NCBI GenBank assembly: GCA_001179505.1
Contig: CDMY01000531.1
Coordinates: 62,001 to 126,000 of the forward strand
DNA: 64,000 nt
Source of the DNA: Vitrella brassicaformis CCMP3155
Lineage: Eukaryota > Protista > Chromerida
Reading direction: 5' to 3'
The notes below the pieces were generated by a model, which searched no databases, was not told the DNA's origin, and saw nothing but the letters and a program-made list of their open reading frames with translations. The translations under genes and the position numbers were made by a program. Below are positions 22,932 to 36,100 of the stretch, piece after piece. Positions within the stretch are counted from its first letter, which is position 1. Each line of letters starts with the position of its first letter.

Positions 22932-25465
22932 CTAGGACACGATCAGCAGCTGAGACCCGCCCTTTCTCTCTCCCCTGTCTCTCACATAAGCCGTTTCCCA
23001 TGCAAACTGCACATCTTCATCCACTGGCAGTGACTGCGGCGACTTGTCTTCCCTCTTCCCGCCAATAAGCCACTTGTGCAAAATCGACGCAATCTTCGCC
23101 CGGGCCTGCCATGCCAACACACACTCAAAGTACCTGCCATGTGTGGGATTGGTGGGATCAATGCTCACATACATCAATAACGCTCTGTGGGTCCTCAGTG
23201 GTGGATCCCCTGAGGTCCAGATGATGGGCGGCACCGCTGATGAGGTATGTGGGGTTGTCGAGCGACTCAGACCGGGCCGTCTCCGGCGTCACCCCACCAC
23301 CTGATTGACAGATACACAGACCAAGCAGCCGAATCAGATGTCGCCAATGTGTGTGGCTGACCTGTCCATGGGTCCAGGTCTCCGTTGGTCCAGAGTATCC
23401 GGCTGCCGCCCTCAGACGAGCCCTTCTCAAACACACTGTATGCGCTGCAGTGCACACACAGGACACAGAGAGGGCATATGGTCAGGCCGGGAGGGCGCTC
23501 TGTCGTGTTTTGCCCATCCGTACGTTGGGATCGATGCGAGATCCGGCTTGACGCCGAACCGGCTCCAACAGTCGGCATAGATCTCTGCCAGACAGCTAAG
23601 GAGTGCATGCGCGGCGTACCCACGTCAGCGGCTATTGTCGTCTGTGTACCTTCATCAGTGAAGAGCACGTCATGCGGCAGCATCGGATTGTCTGGACGAA
23701 TGTGTGCCGGCAGCCACGCCTGCATTCACGCAGACACATAGACAAGAAAGGGACATGATATGATTGATGCGCAAGTCTGTGCCGACAGACCGACCTGTGC
23801 GCAGCTTTGGTAGTCCCACCCGTGGCCTGAGCCGCACCCCGTCCGATCCGCACACTGACGCACGCGCCACACATCCAAACACGGACCCATCCGCCCTGCA
23901 TGCACAGCACACACCACTCATCCCACCGCAATCACGTCGCTCCCTCTTCTCACGGACCCACCAGTGTAGTTGTACGCGATATCCACAATGTCTACAAGAG
24001 GCTTGAGCTTGTCGGCATCCCTCCTGCTGCCGGCCTCCCTCTTGGCCACTTTGTCGCACAGGTGGTTGACGGGCCAGGAGGGGAAGCTGCCCTCGAAGCT
24101 GCTGGCCTGGGGGAAGTCGAGCATGGCCATGTTGACCACCCCGATGATTAACATGAACTGCAGCTGCCGCAGAAAGGCCGACCAGGATGCATCTGTGGTG
24201 GCCTCGTCTGAGCAGAGCCTGCATGAGGGAGGAAAGGACTCTGTGGCCATGCACACATGTGGATTGTGTGATGTGTTCTCGCTGTCCGTCGGCTTGGTAC
24301 CTGAAGGGTTTGGTGAGCTTGTCGCGACCGCTGATCCTTCGCAGATGGTCGAACGCCTCCTTGATGCGATACGCGCACACACCATCTGGCGAGGCATCGA
24401 CGAAATCCTGACATACGCCACACCCATACACACAGTGTCGTTCATGTTGGCAACGGGCGTACGCCTCTGACACTCACCTTGATGACCTGGTCATAGAATG
24501 TGTAGTTCTTGTCTGGCGCGCGAAACATGCGGACAGGCCCGCTCGCAGAATATGCTGCAGCCGAGCCGAGCCACACACGATGAATGAGCCAGTGGTTGGT
24601 CTGTCTTTCCATGTGCGCGCCTGTGTACCAGCATAGAAGAGGTGAGGGTACGCGAATCGTATCCACGAGGCGAGCATCCCGCCATAGGAGCCGCCAAACG
24701 CCAGTACCCGGGCCGACGAAGGCAGCGAGCGACTCGCTGTGAAATTCTAAGACACACACACACGTGTGATGTGGCGGCCATGATTATGCGCATCCGTGTC
24801 ACCTGGATTAGGTAGGCGTAGTCTGCCAGCGCTTGCTGGACAGTCAGGCCGTACACGCGCTCTTGGTCGAATGATGCGTCGCCGAACGGCAGAGATTCAC
24901 CGTAGTAGCGATGCTCGACGTACAGCAACAGCCTGGACGAATGGATAGATCGACACACAGATCGAGGATGCAGATCTCTTGCTTCGCCTGCTCTGCTCGT
25001 GGACAGCGCCTTACGGGTGCATCTTGAGCACTTTTGAAGCTGCCATCTCGAAGACAAACCCGCTGCTGTTCCAGAAAGAGAAGACGCCTCCTTCGTTGCC
25101 CGTGTAGAAGAATATGGGACCACCAGGTTGGTAGAAGTCGTCACACACGACGTATCGCTGCATGAACGTGCGGTTGTCATCCTCGCGAAAGTGATCAAAC
25201 CGCTGCAGATGATGACAAACAGAAGCAAATCGGAAGGAATGAATCAGCGGCATTCTCGTGGTGTTGTGATGCATGTGCTTGCCTGCTCGAAGAAGGCGAC
25301 GGTGTAGTTGACGCTCCCAGGCGTCACTGGAGGGCCGCTTCGCGGCGTTCTGGAGCCCCTGTCATCGCTGAAGAGGCTGTATTGTATGCCGGCGTCTGAT
25401 GCCCTGGCCGCTTGTACCCCAAAGGCAAGGACGCACCAAAGCATGGATCGCCGCAGCTGATTCAT
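22932..25465 (-). CDS. Secreted serine carboxypeptidase S28 family protein (prolylcarboxypeptidase/DPP7-like)
   Basis: Signal peptide MNQLRRSMLWCVLAFGVQAARA. Family motifs FFEQRFDHF, GGPIFFYTGNEG, EHRYYGESLPFG, LTVQQALADYAYLI, FGGSYGGML (catalytic Ser), WTNGDLDPW (Asp), GAAHHLDL (His). 3' end approximate. Confidence 0.93.
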
Positions 25466-25496
25466 CGTCTTGGATTTTGGCTCATCAGGAGCTACT

Positions 25497-25504
25497 AAGC
25501 TCGC
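25497..25504 (+). promoter_or_regulatory. Candidate promoter motif AAGCTCGC in a 67-bp head-to-head interval
   Basis: 28 bp upstream of the ATG at 25533. Confidence 0.4.
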
Positions 25505-25532
25505 AGCGGATCGCCCCCCTTCTTCGAACACG

Positions 25533-27769
25533 ATGAGTCGTCTATCGCCCATCGAAGCCTTCAGGGCTCAGATCCTGCTGGATGACGTGAGCATCTGATG
25601 AATTAATGGCTTGCTTCCACGTGCCGTCTCCCCTCCTGTCTGACTGACTGTCTGTCTGTCTATCTGCAGTCGTTGGTGAAGCTGGAGTTCGTTGACTCCC
25701 TGGGCGCGAGCAGCCCACAGGCAGTGCAGACCGGGGCGGGCCAGCGGGACGAGCTGAGTGAATTCATGGGCGATGAAATCACCCGCATCATCAACGAGCA
25801 GCGAGAGCTGGAGCGGCAATACGAAGAGCTCATTCTGGAGAGGGGGCAGCTGAAGGGGCTGATGAACAAGGCCCAGTTCAAGGAGACGCAGGCCAAGATA
25901 CAGGAGGTGGCGCACCGGCTGCGTGAGAGCAACAAGAGTCTGTGCCGCAACCTGAAGGAGAGCCCCAACATGCAGGGCAACCTTGCCAAGCTCTCACAGG
26001 AGCGGGCGCGTGTCTACGAGTGGTACGAGGACTGCAGGAAAGAACTCGATGAGTTCTTCTTCAATAGACTGGCACTCAAGGTGCGTGAGAACAGCTTCGT
26101 TCTGTGTGTCCGGCAACGAGGGGGTCTGCCTCTGCATATTTAGGTCGAGACAGGGAGGAAGAACCAGGAGATGCTCCAAGAGAAACGGCGACAGGCAAGG
26201 TGAGATAATAACAGCACTCGAGCTCGCTGGACAACTTACCACGGCTTGTGCTGGCTGCAGGGAGACAGCGCAAGCCGTGCGTATCCTTGAGGTGAGCGAG
26301 ACGGCATAATGGCCGCCTGGCTATGACCTTTCTCCTCCATTCTCTTCTCCACTCAGAAAGAGCTGCAGCGAGAGTATCAAGAGCACGAGAAAGAGGTGAG
26401 ACTTGCATCCTGCATCTCAGCCAATCCACCGCATGGCGTGTCTATCTATGATGTGCAATGCAGACCAAGACGGCCAACCAGGAGATCGCTACGCTCAAAG
26501 AAGAGCTGCAGAGGCTAAAGGTGCTCAGGCGAGGCTATGGATGGGCGAGTGTGTGTGCAGTGTGCACGTCTTTCTTCAGAACCAGTCGGCCATCACGCTG
26601 ACATTTGAAGAGAAGAAACTCCGCGCTAAGTAAGCCACTAGCGCTCGGACGTGCAGAGCAGTGCTGCTGTCGACGATGTGCATTTTTTCTGTCTGTTCTG
26701 GTTAGGGAGGCCGCAGTCCTGCGCATATTCGCCCGGGTGACATACCACACGACACAGAGGCACCAGTTGTGCATTGATGTCTGTGGGTATGTGTGTGTGT
26801 GTATGTGTGGCACCAACTCTTAGGGCGAGAAGGACTTGGTCGACCTCTTCGGCGAACACAAGGAAGCCAGGGTGGGCTTGACGGCGGATTGGGGATGCGA
26901 CAGCACACCCATCTGTCTCCTTTGGCATCAGGAGTTGGAGCTGATAGGCCACGAAAAGGCCGTCGACTTCGTCCAGTGGTACACACAGAACGTCATCGGT
27001 ACGTCAGCCCGTCAGACAGTCGGGAGGGATGGCAAGGGATCAATGAATGAGACGTCCATGGCCATGCTTCCATGGCAGAGGACAAGATGCAGTGGGATGA
27101 GGACTACAAGCGGGACGTCAAGCAGAAGGACGACGAACTCAACGAACTCAACGCAAACAGAGGCATGTCTTAGTCACACACACACAGCCAACCCTGCCAA
27201 TTGCACCTATGCATTGCTGCATGTGTCCATTCACACATCTTTCGCCCGCAGGGAAGCTTCTGTCGCTCCTGCAGAAGCTGCGCGACAGGTCAGGAGAATG
27301 GATGGATGTGTCTCGCCCTTGTACGTTGATCGGTTCATTCATCAGGTTTGAGAAGGAACATGCCGAGCAGGAAGAACGCGACAAAGAAGCGAGAAACCAG
27401 GTCACGTCACGCGAACCACACGCCCAACAGACACAACCACCCTGAGTCAATGAGCGTCGTGCCTCCCTCCCTGGCTTGTGTCTGTCAGGCTGTGGTGGAG
27501 AAGCTTCGGCGGTCTCAGCGTGAGCGTGAGGCGGCGGCCATCGGCCTCATTCAAGCCATCGGCCGCCAGTACCTCGACAGACTCAGAGTCAGGATGGCCG
27601 GCAAAAAGAAAAAGGGTGAGTGAATGAATGCATCGATGACACGTGCAGGAGGGAGGCAGGTCTCCAAACGTCCATGTGCGTGTGTGTGTGTGGTCTGTCA
27701 CTTGTCCTCGTCATCTTTGTGTGTGTGTCAGGCAAGAAAGGGAAGGGGAAGAAGAAGAAGAAGAAGTGA
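25533..27769 (+). CDS. IQCG: IQ-domain coiled-coil protein, dynein regulatory complex subunit 9 (IQCG/DRC9)-like
   Basis: Long coiled coil, SLCRNLKESPN, WDEDYKRDVKQKDDELNELN, C-terminal IQ motif IGLIQAIGRQYLDR and Lys-rich tail KKKKGKKGKGKKKKKK*, all characteristic of DRC9. First and last splices checked in frame. Confidence 0.75.
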
Positions 27770-28395
27770 CCAAGCTGGCCGGACCTCGCTGCTCGTGTCT
27801 GGAAAGGGTTTCTTGCTCCAGTTTTCTTCGTGGGTGTGCCGGACTTGTGAGTCTACTAATCGAACGCTTGCTTGAATCGAATCAGCACACTGATATTCCC
27901 CGGCCACCATATTTCTCCTTGCTGTGAGGGCAATCCACTGACTGAAGAGCTCGGGCAGGTAGCATTCAGTCCACAGCGGGCGGGCGGGCGGGCGGGCGGG
28001 CAGTCATACACACACGCAACAAGGTCCACGCAGCCCACCCACGCGTCGCGTCCCCCCACCCAGAACTGACTGCCTCTCACCAGCTTGCTCGATACGGAAG
28101 CACGCAGAGAGAGAGAACCGAGCCAGACGCCCGAAGATACACACGCGCAGACTGCTGATAGATAGATAGGTTGACGGGGGAAGGGGAAAGGCACACACAC
28201 ACACGCTTACGCACTAAACGCCCTCCCTGGATGTATACGACATGCAGTCCCCAATTGCAGCCAAACCCACCCAACCGCACAGCCACACTCTCAGCAGCCT
28301 CTCGCAAAATCGGAAAGGCGACTGACTGCAACCACGCCACCAACCAGTCAACTCATCAATCGGCTCTCGCCCTCTCACTCTGTCCGCAGCACCAG

Positions 28396-30466
28396 CTATG
28401 CAGAAATGATCTTGCCGCCAAACGACTTGGCAATGCGCTCGGACAACGAGCCAGTGCCCACGGCCGTCGGCTGTCTGCTACCGCTGTCGTTCTGCCGCGA
28501 GCCGCCCGGCTGATCGATGAGCTCCTGCTGCGGCCGCTTCTTGTCCGCACCCCCAGTGTGTCCCCCACTGCCCCCGCCCCCCTTTGCCCGCCGCCTCTCC
28601 TCCTTCTGGCGGCGCTTCTCGGCCTTCTTCTCGGCCTTCTTCTGCTTGGCCCGCATCTTGCCCTCTTTCGGACCCTTGCGCCCACCTGCACCACCCGATG
28701 CTTGACCACAGGCCACGGGAGAGGAACCACCACCGACATCGTGCTCATGCTCCCCCTCGCTGACGTCGGCCTCGCCGCCGTCGTCATGCTCCTCCTCGTG
28801 CGCACCATCGGCGTCGTCATGGTCGCCATGCTCACACGCCGGTGTGGACGTGGACGCCTCGGTGCTGTCGAGACAGTCATTTGCGTCCTTCTTACCCACC
28901 CCCACCCCTGTCGTCCCTCCACCAACGCCATCGTGCAGCTCGCTCCCCGACTCGCTGCTAGCCTTCTTGTTGCAGCCCTCGAGCGAGCTGGCAGCGGTCG
29001 TGCTGGCCCCCTCGCTGCCCGCCCCATCATTGGTGTCGCCGCTGCCCGTGCGCGTGTCGTCTGACTGGGAGGGGAGGGAGGGGGGAGGAGGGGACGCGTC
29101 GGATGAGTCGTCGCAGAAGATGACCGTCTCGCATTGGGGGGCCTCTGGTTCCCCCTCCCCCTCAGCTGGACTGCCGGACTCACAGGCAGCAGAGGGCGAT
29201 GCCGATGCCGATGCGATCGTGGTGTCCTCTTGTGTTGCGGGGGCGGAGGCGGGAGCGGGAGCGGCGGCAGGGGCGGGGGTATCAGATGATGGGGATGGAG
29301 ACGGGGATGGGGATGGGGCGGCGGATGGCTGAGCCGACTCGGCATCAGCGTCAGCATCGACTGCACCGTCAGCATCACCGCTCCCAGCAGCGTGGTGCTC
29401 GGCGGTGAGTTTGGCGATGACGATCTCCGTGGCCCTCTCTAGGTCGCCCCCCGCCTCACTCAAGCTCGTCTCGAGGAGCGCATCGTCGTCACAGGCCGTC
29501 CGCTTGGACAGCTCCTCCTTGACAATGGCGTTTCTGTCCTCCCCGCCCTTGTGTGTCTTGGTGGTGGGGTCCTTCTTGTGGTGCTCGTGGGTCTCTTTGT
29601 AGTCGAGCAACTCGGCCATCGTCAGCTTCTTGGGCGGACCGTCGCCCTTCTCGCCCGCCAGACGCACGGAATCATAATGGATACCTACACGGACAGCCGA
29701 AATGGAAAGAAATGAGAAACCGCATCAGCCACCTGATGCACTGTCACCCTGCCGTGGCATGCATCATACCTGCGTCGTAGCAGAGCTGAACACAGGGGTA
29801 CTCCTTTGAGAAGAATTCCATCTGGAATGTCCCCAGGCCCTTTTGGTGGAGCAGGCAGTTGACTTGGTACAGGTGGCAGAGCGCATGCAGCGCCTGCTGG
29901 CCGCCCCACTCGGTGTCCACGCGCATGCGACTCACATACGCGTCCAGCTCCTCATCATCCTGAGGGATGGGGGATGGCAGCGCACACACAGAAATCGGCA
30001 CACACGATGCGTCAAGTGCCTGATGTGGCAGAGTGGCAGTGCGTGTTGTGTTCTTCGGCCGAGAACGCACCTCCATGAAGGGCTCGAATTCGCTAGCATG
30101 TGCCTCGACGTAGTCCATAGCCTTCTGACGAAACTCAACGTGCTCATCCTGGTCACCTGAACACACACAGACACACACAGACGCAGACAGACACACACAT
30201 ACACGAGCTGATCCTGTTTGTGTCAAGACACAGCTGCCGTGAGGCCTACCTGTGATTTGGTCGGCGAATGCCCGGAACAGGCAGTTGCCGTCGGGCTTCA
30301 CTGACCGTATCCAGAGGCCACAGTCCGCCAGACGGCTCCTCAAATCACCAAAATCAGGTCCACTCGAATGCCGCTGGCGCCTATTCTTTTTGCTCGCGCC
30401 GCCAGACGACCCGCCGCCCTTCCCTCCCCCGCCCTTGTTCTTCTGAACGTGCTTGTTCTTGCCCAT
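28396..30466 (-). CDS. OTU-domain deubiquitinase (OTUD3-like) with a CUE/UBA-like helical domain and long low-complexity tail
   Basis: IRSVKPDGNCLFRAFADQI (catalytic Asp/Cys), FEPF, WGGQ, HYDSV (catalytic His); DDDALLETSLSEAGGDLERATEIVI resembles CUE/UBA; stop at 28396. Confidence 0.9.
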
Positions 30467-30817
30467 TGCCACACAGGGACGCTCTACGGCAGTTGACGCA
30501 TGACGACAGAGCTTGCGAGGGACGAAGGGAGATCAGGTTGGTCGAAGAGGCAACAGACAGCTATCATGCTGAAGAAACACGCTCGCCAGAGAGTCGGACG
30601 AAGAGCAGAGAGGGTTTCGCAAGCTTGACGCGTGAAACTGAACTCAGCCCCCAGGACCTCACGCGTTTCGTACATCAAGACCTCTGCAGGCAACAAAGGC
30701 GAGTCAGCGTTGTTGTCTGTCGTCAGACGGCATGTACGGCCGGCCAGGCGGCAGCCCCGGTCCGCCGAATCGGATGAGTGAGCCTCGTCACATGTGGCGT
30801 CCCGGTGGTGGGTGCCG

Positions 30818-31214
30818 ATGGCCAGCCCAGAGACGCCAATCTCCGCAGAGGTCGGCAGCGAGGCCGTGCCCTCGACGAAGAGGCGTCAGCACTCGGTAGG
30901 TTGAGAACATCCGTTGCCCCAATGTTTCAATCTGGAACGTGCATGCCATTGTGTTTCGTTGCATGCATCAGGATATCGTGTGGCAAAGATCGTGGTCGAG
31001 TTCAGGGGGCCGCCATCGAATGATATGGACATCGATGGTACACCAATTGGAACCCGTTCCCGAACGAACGAACAAATCTTTTTCTCTCCACTGCTCTCAC
31101 TGCACTGCAGATATCGTGAGCGAGGAGCCCCGTGAGGCGACGGGCGTGAGTCGCGTGACGAGCGCTGCTAGCAAGAAGAATTCGAAGAGCTCGAAAGGTG
31201 TGGGAGGAGAATGA
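30818..31214 (+). CDS. Small three-exon hypothetical protein (MASPETPISAEVGSEAVPSTKRRQHS..KKNSKSSKGVGGE*)
   Basis: Can be spliced in frame through GT-AG sites; divergent from the OTU gene; no homology recognised. Confidence 0.4.
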
Positions 31215-32160
31215 TGGTCGACAGGGTCGGGACCTTGACAGTAATATATACATTGGAGCACAGCCATTGTCGCCCCACCGGATGCAGCCATTGTCGCCCA
31301 ACACACTACACGGGATACTACCATGCACCACGTGAGAGAGATTATACACACACACTCATACACACCAAAGCACATGACGGGATCCATCACGTCGCGTGTG
31401 TCTCTGTCCGTCTCTCTGTGCAGCAGAGGCTTGGGAATCGCGAGGTCAGAGCTGAGCTGACCGCCCAGAGTGTGGGAGTCCACCGCCGCCAGAGTATATA
31501 CGGACCACCGGGAGACCGCAGACCTGAACACTTGACCATTCCACACACTGCAGGCGAACCATTTGCAGCGGTGAGCAGAAGTCTCCCTCATCGACCTATG
31601 GCAGTGTATGTGTGTGTGTGTTTGTGTTTGTGTCCCTGTCTGCAGTTGAGTCAGCATGGTTGTGGTTATGGCTATGGCAGCACCAGCCTCGCCACACGGG
31701 TAAATAAGTTGCCTACACAAGACGACCGATGTTAGCTGACACGACCAACAGCTGTCTTCCGCAATTGGCCTTCCGTGTCTCATTTACAGGAGCCGTTGAA
31801 GCTCCCCGACCCTCTCTTTGGACCTCCCGCATAGACAGACTTACCTTACGACAATTGCCTTACAATGCAGCATCGCCTGGTGAGGGGGCAGGAAGAGGCT
31901 CTCACTGGAGAAAGGATGGACCGACGGAAGGGTGCCTCCATGATGTAAATGTGCTTGTGCCTGCCCCTGTTTCAGCATCCATGCTGGCGACGGCCACGTG
32001 TGGCTCACTCTTTGGGCCAGACAGGCTTGGCGAAAGTCGCTGCCTATATTTTTCATCTCGTGGTCCTATTCCTTCATGTCTCGGCTTAACGGCTTATCGC
32101 GTAAGAGAAGTGTCGCCGACGCCCGGTTAGCACACGACATTCTGTCTTCGTATGTGCAGG

Positions 32161-32725
32161 AATACAATGGCCCAGGAAAAGTCAGACCCCCTCGCTATGC
32201 CAAGAAGAAGGCGCCGGGCCACAAGAAGGCCAACAAACCCGAGGCGAAGGCCAACAACAGGAGCAAGAAGGTCAGCAACAGCTCAACCCCTTCAACCTGC
32301 CCGATCAAGGGTCCCTCTGGCCGAAAGAGAGGGGGGAGAAGAACAACGAGAGCAGCTCGGAGTCCAACGATGAGAACGAAGACTGGGGTAGGCAGACGAG
32401 GAAGGAATGCCAATTGGCCTGTTCCTGATAGGTTTACCCGTGTGTCTCTCTGTGTGTTCTGTGTGTGTCAGAGCGGTGTCAGAGCGGTGGGCTGCCACGG
32501 ATACGTTCAATGCCGAGCCACCCAAACGTGCAGGCAAGCAGCATCAAGCCGGACCAGAAGAGCGAAGAGACGTACGACGAGATCGAAGAGGGCCAGGCGG
32601 AGGACGAGAGGCCCAGCAAGATCGCACGCGTGATGATGGAGACCGACCTGTCGAGGCTGGGGGAGGGAGAGGGAGGTGCGACAATGGCCGACACCATATC
32701 CTGGATGGAAAGGATGGAGGAATAG
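32161..32725 (+). CDS. Exon fragments of an acidic hypothetical protein (..KSEETYDEIEEGQAEDERPSKIARVMMETDL..WMERMEE*)
   Basis: Two coding-like blocks separated by a GT-AG intron with a microsatellite; start not identified. Confidence 0.35.
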
Positions 32726-33153
32726 TGGCGGTGTGACATTGCCATTTCCTTGTCCCTGCCATCAACCTGGCCGCTGGCAGAGATGGGTGGGTGGATGGAT
32801 GTGGGCTCATGAATGCGTATTCGATCATGCATGACTAGCTGCTCCTGAAGGATGAATGACACTATCTCTCTGCTTGGCCGATGTGATTGGTGTTTTTTGA
32901 AATGGACTTCTCTTCTAAATGGCAATTCTCAGCAAAAGAGATGCCCGAAGCCACTGATACATTGATATCGGCACCTCGACCGACAAGAGGGGTATCAGAA
33001 ATCTCCACATGACACAACAACGGACGGGAACACACACACACAGACCGACGCACTGACACACACGCCATGACGCATGCTCTTTAGCCCACGGCAATGCGCA
33101 CTTTACACAGTCGACCGGCCGATTAGCCGAGAGAGCGTCCCCCCTCACTCCTC

Positions 33154-36100
33154 TCATATGTGTGGCAAGCGGGCGGTGCTGCTGCCATCGCTGCCTCTAC
33201 CTGGGCTGCCTCTCCCCTCCCTCTCTGCTTGCAACGCTGTCAACCGGTCCGTCAACACTTGTGGATTCGGCGGACCGCTGCCACTCCCCGACGCCCGCAA
33301 TCCCGACCCCTGCACGGTCGACAATGGAGGCTGGGCATCGCCTCCCGCCATCGGCACTCCTAAGCGGCTCTCCAATCGGCTCCGCCTGCAGAGAGGGGTC
33401 AAAGCAGTCATTGATTGCATGTCTCCCTCCCTGTTCGTATATGCCTGTGTGGCTTGTACCTTCTTTCCTCAAGTTCGGACTTGCACCCGAGTGATGATAG
33501 GCCCGAGGGTGTGGGTCGGCTGACGGGGGTCGACCGCTGGGCCCTCGAGGGCGCCATGGAGCCGACCGTCAGCCCAGTAGCTGCCGCCTGCTGCATCCCC
33601 TCCCCTGTGCCACCAGAAGGCGACGCAGATCCCCCTGCCGGCTGCGCGCGGCCAGTGCGCCATGTTGTGCGCGTCGCTCCGAGAGAGCGAGACCCACCTG
33701 AGGACAACAGGCGTATGAGGACAAAAAGTGCCCACAGAAACAAAAATTTCTCATTCATAAGAAGGGCTCTGATGGCTCACCCGATGAGCTGAGCGGCGGG
33801 TGTGGAAGAGAAGAGGGGCTCTGTGTGGGAGGCCTGGCGTGCATTGGCGCAGACGGCGGGGGCAGGTCAGAAGCCACCACGTCGGGCGTCTCGAACTCAG
33901 CCTGCGTCTGGGGCACTCCCGTCCCCATGGGTGATGGTGAGGGCTGCATAGAGATGGATGGGGCACGGGAGGTGGTCGACTGGTCCGAGGCCGGCAGGGC
34001 GCTTAAGCGTCGCCTGGAGCTTTCTGGGCTGGGGCTCGCGGCCGGCCCTGCGATGGCGGCCAGGTTGGGGGGAGGCTGGTTGTTGACGATCCAGTGCCAC
34101 AGGTGCTCTGCTTGCGTCAAAACCTGAGAGCGCATGTCTTCCATAAGTACATCCATGGACAGGTTGGCGCGTGCATGTAGCTTGCCTGTGTCCTCTGCTG
34201 CTGGCGCAGCATCTTGGATTCGTTGGGCTTGGCCTCTGAAACGTCATCGCATATGCATGGTACGTATTCGTACTCGTCCCAACTGCCATCCACACAAGTC
34301 TACCTGCGAGAGTGAGCCTTGCCATGCCGAAAGAGGTGACGGCAAGGTACTCAAGCTGGCGCTGGATCTGCTCCTGTGGACACGAAATAAGAATAAGGCG
34401 AGACACGTGAGGTTGGCCAGCCAATGGATGGAGGTCATTGACACGCACACCTGAAAAACTGATATTTGATCGACGTCAATGCTGCATGTGCAGGGCAGGA
34501 GAAAGAAGAGACAGAGACAGAGACAGATGCACGAGCCATAATGTACCTGCCATGACTCGCTTACCGGTTTGCCTTGACGGCGTGCAGTTCGATGAGATCC
34601 GACTTGTCAGCCTTGAGGTTAATGGCCTCCTGGAACTCACCCATCGCGTCGGTCTGCTCCTCACTTGGCTTGTACTGCAACGAACCAACCAACCACTCTC
34701 TTTTCGCTCATCTTCTCTGACAACTGGGTACCTGGCTGATTCGCTCCGATTCCGACTCGACAAAGTGGTCGAGTCGCTTGCAGATGGTGTCCAGCCGATT
34801 AGACAGGCGCTGGAGCTCCGTATAGGCCTTGTCCTGCACACACAAATGGCGACAATGCCCGTCATCGGTGAGCAGCTTGATGTCCGGCCGGCGTGTTTGC
34901 TGACCTTTGGCATGCACTGCTCGACTTTGGCGTTTGCAACCACAATGTCGTACTTCGATGCCTTGTCCAGCAACAGCTCATCCAAACGCTGAATGGCAGA
35001 GTCCTGAGACGTCAACACAAAAGGACAGCCTTCAGTCGCTTCCTGTTGTCTGTCCGTCTGTCTGTCTCACGGTGTCTCTGCCTGACTGACCTGCAGATTG
35101 ATCCGATCGTTGAATGTCTGCATGGAGTCGACGCAGAATTGAATGCGGGGAACGGCCTCCTCCTTCAGCGCCTCCAAGTCGGACTCCCTGACAGAAGGCA
35201 GCGAAAGAGTTGTCATCTTGTTATTGATCGCAGTCGACCTCTCTTTCTTGCTGTTCATTACTTGGCCATCAGCAAGAGTTCATCCCGCACGTCCTCTACC
35301 GTCGTCTGAAGGAACGACAAGCGGCATGCAATTGCTGACAATTGGTGGGGCCTAATGGAGAGCCGACCTTGTGTGCCCGTTTCTGGATGTCCTCATTAAG
35401 CTCCACATAGACGGCCGTCACCCTGTCTTGCAGATTCTGACAACACCGAGAGACACGAATACCCCCTTCTGTCTTCGTTCATGCTCCTTACCAGGTGCTT
35501 TTCGTCCAAAAGGGCAAATTGTTGCTGCATCTTCTTTGATGTCTCATCGGCACCGAGCTGATACAAAACCACTGACGTGTATGTCTCCTTATCTGCACGT
35601 ACATCTGTGCGGCCGACTCACTTCCATCCTCCTGAGTGCCTTAGAGGTGTCATCGAGCTTGGCATAGTGGTTGAGCGCCTCGCTCACCCAATCCCTCACG
35701 TCCTGTAGGCTGTTCTCGATCTGCGGGCCGCGCCAGTAGTCGTCAAAGCGGCGGGCCAGATGCTGGATGCTCGAGGCCAGACCCTCAGTCGTACCCACAA
35801 GCGCGAAGTCGTTGAGCTTGTGCTCCAACTGAAGCAGAAACAAACATGTTCATGTGTCTCCTGCTATGAATGCGTCTCTTTCCTTTGTGTGGTTGACCTT
35901 TGCGAGGGCGTCTTTGCTCGCGCATGCCTTGATTTGGGTCTCGACCAGAGTCAGCTCTCCCAGTGTGGCTTTATCCCGCAGCCCCTCCTGCATCTCGTGC
36001 AGGATGCGATCCTGTACATCCATGTGGCCGCGGAACCCGTCCAGCTGCTGGCTGAAGCCAACCACATCCAACCGAAGCTTCTGCTCAGCTGAAAGGACGA

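Noticed and set aside
31261-31300. 15-bp duplication cagccattgtcgccc
   Set aside because: Small local slippage duplication in intergenic DNA with no further structure.
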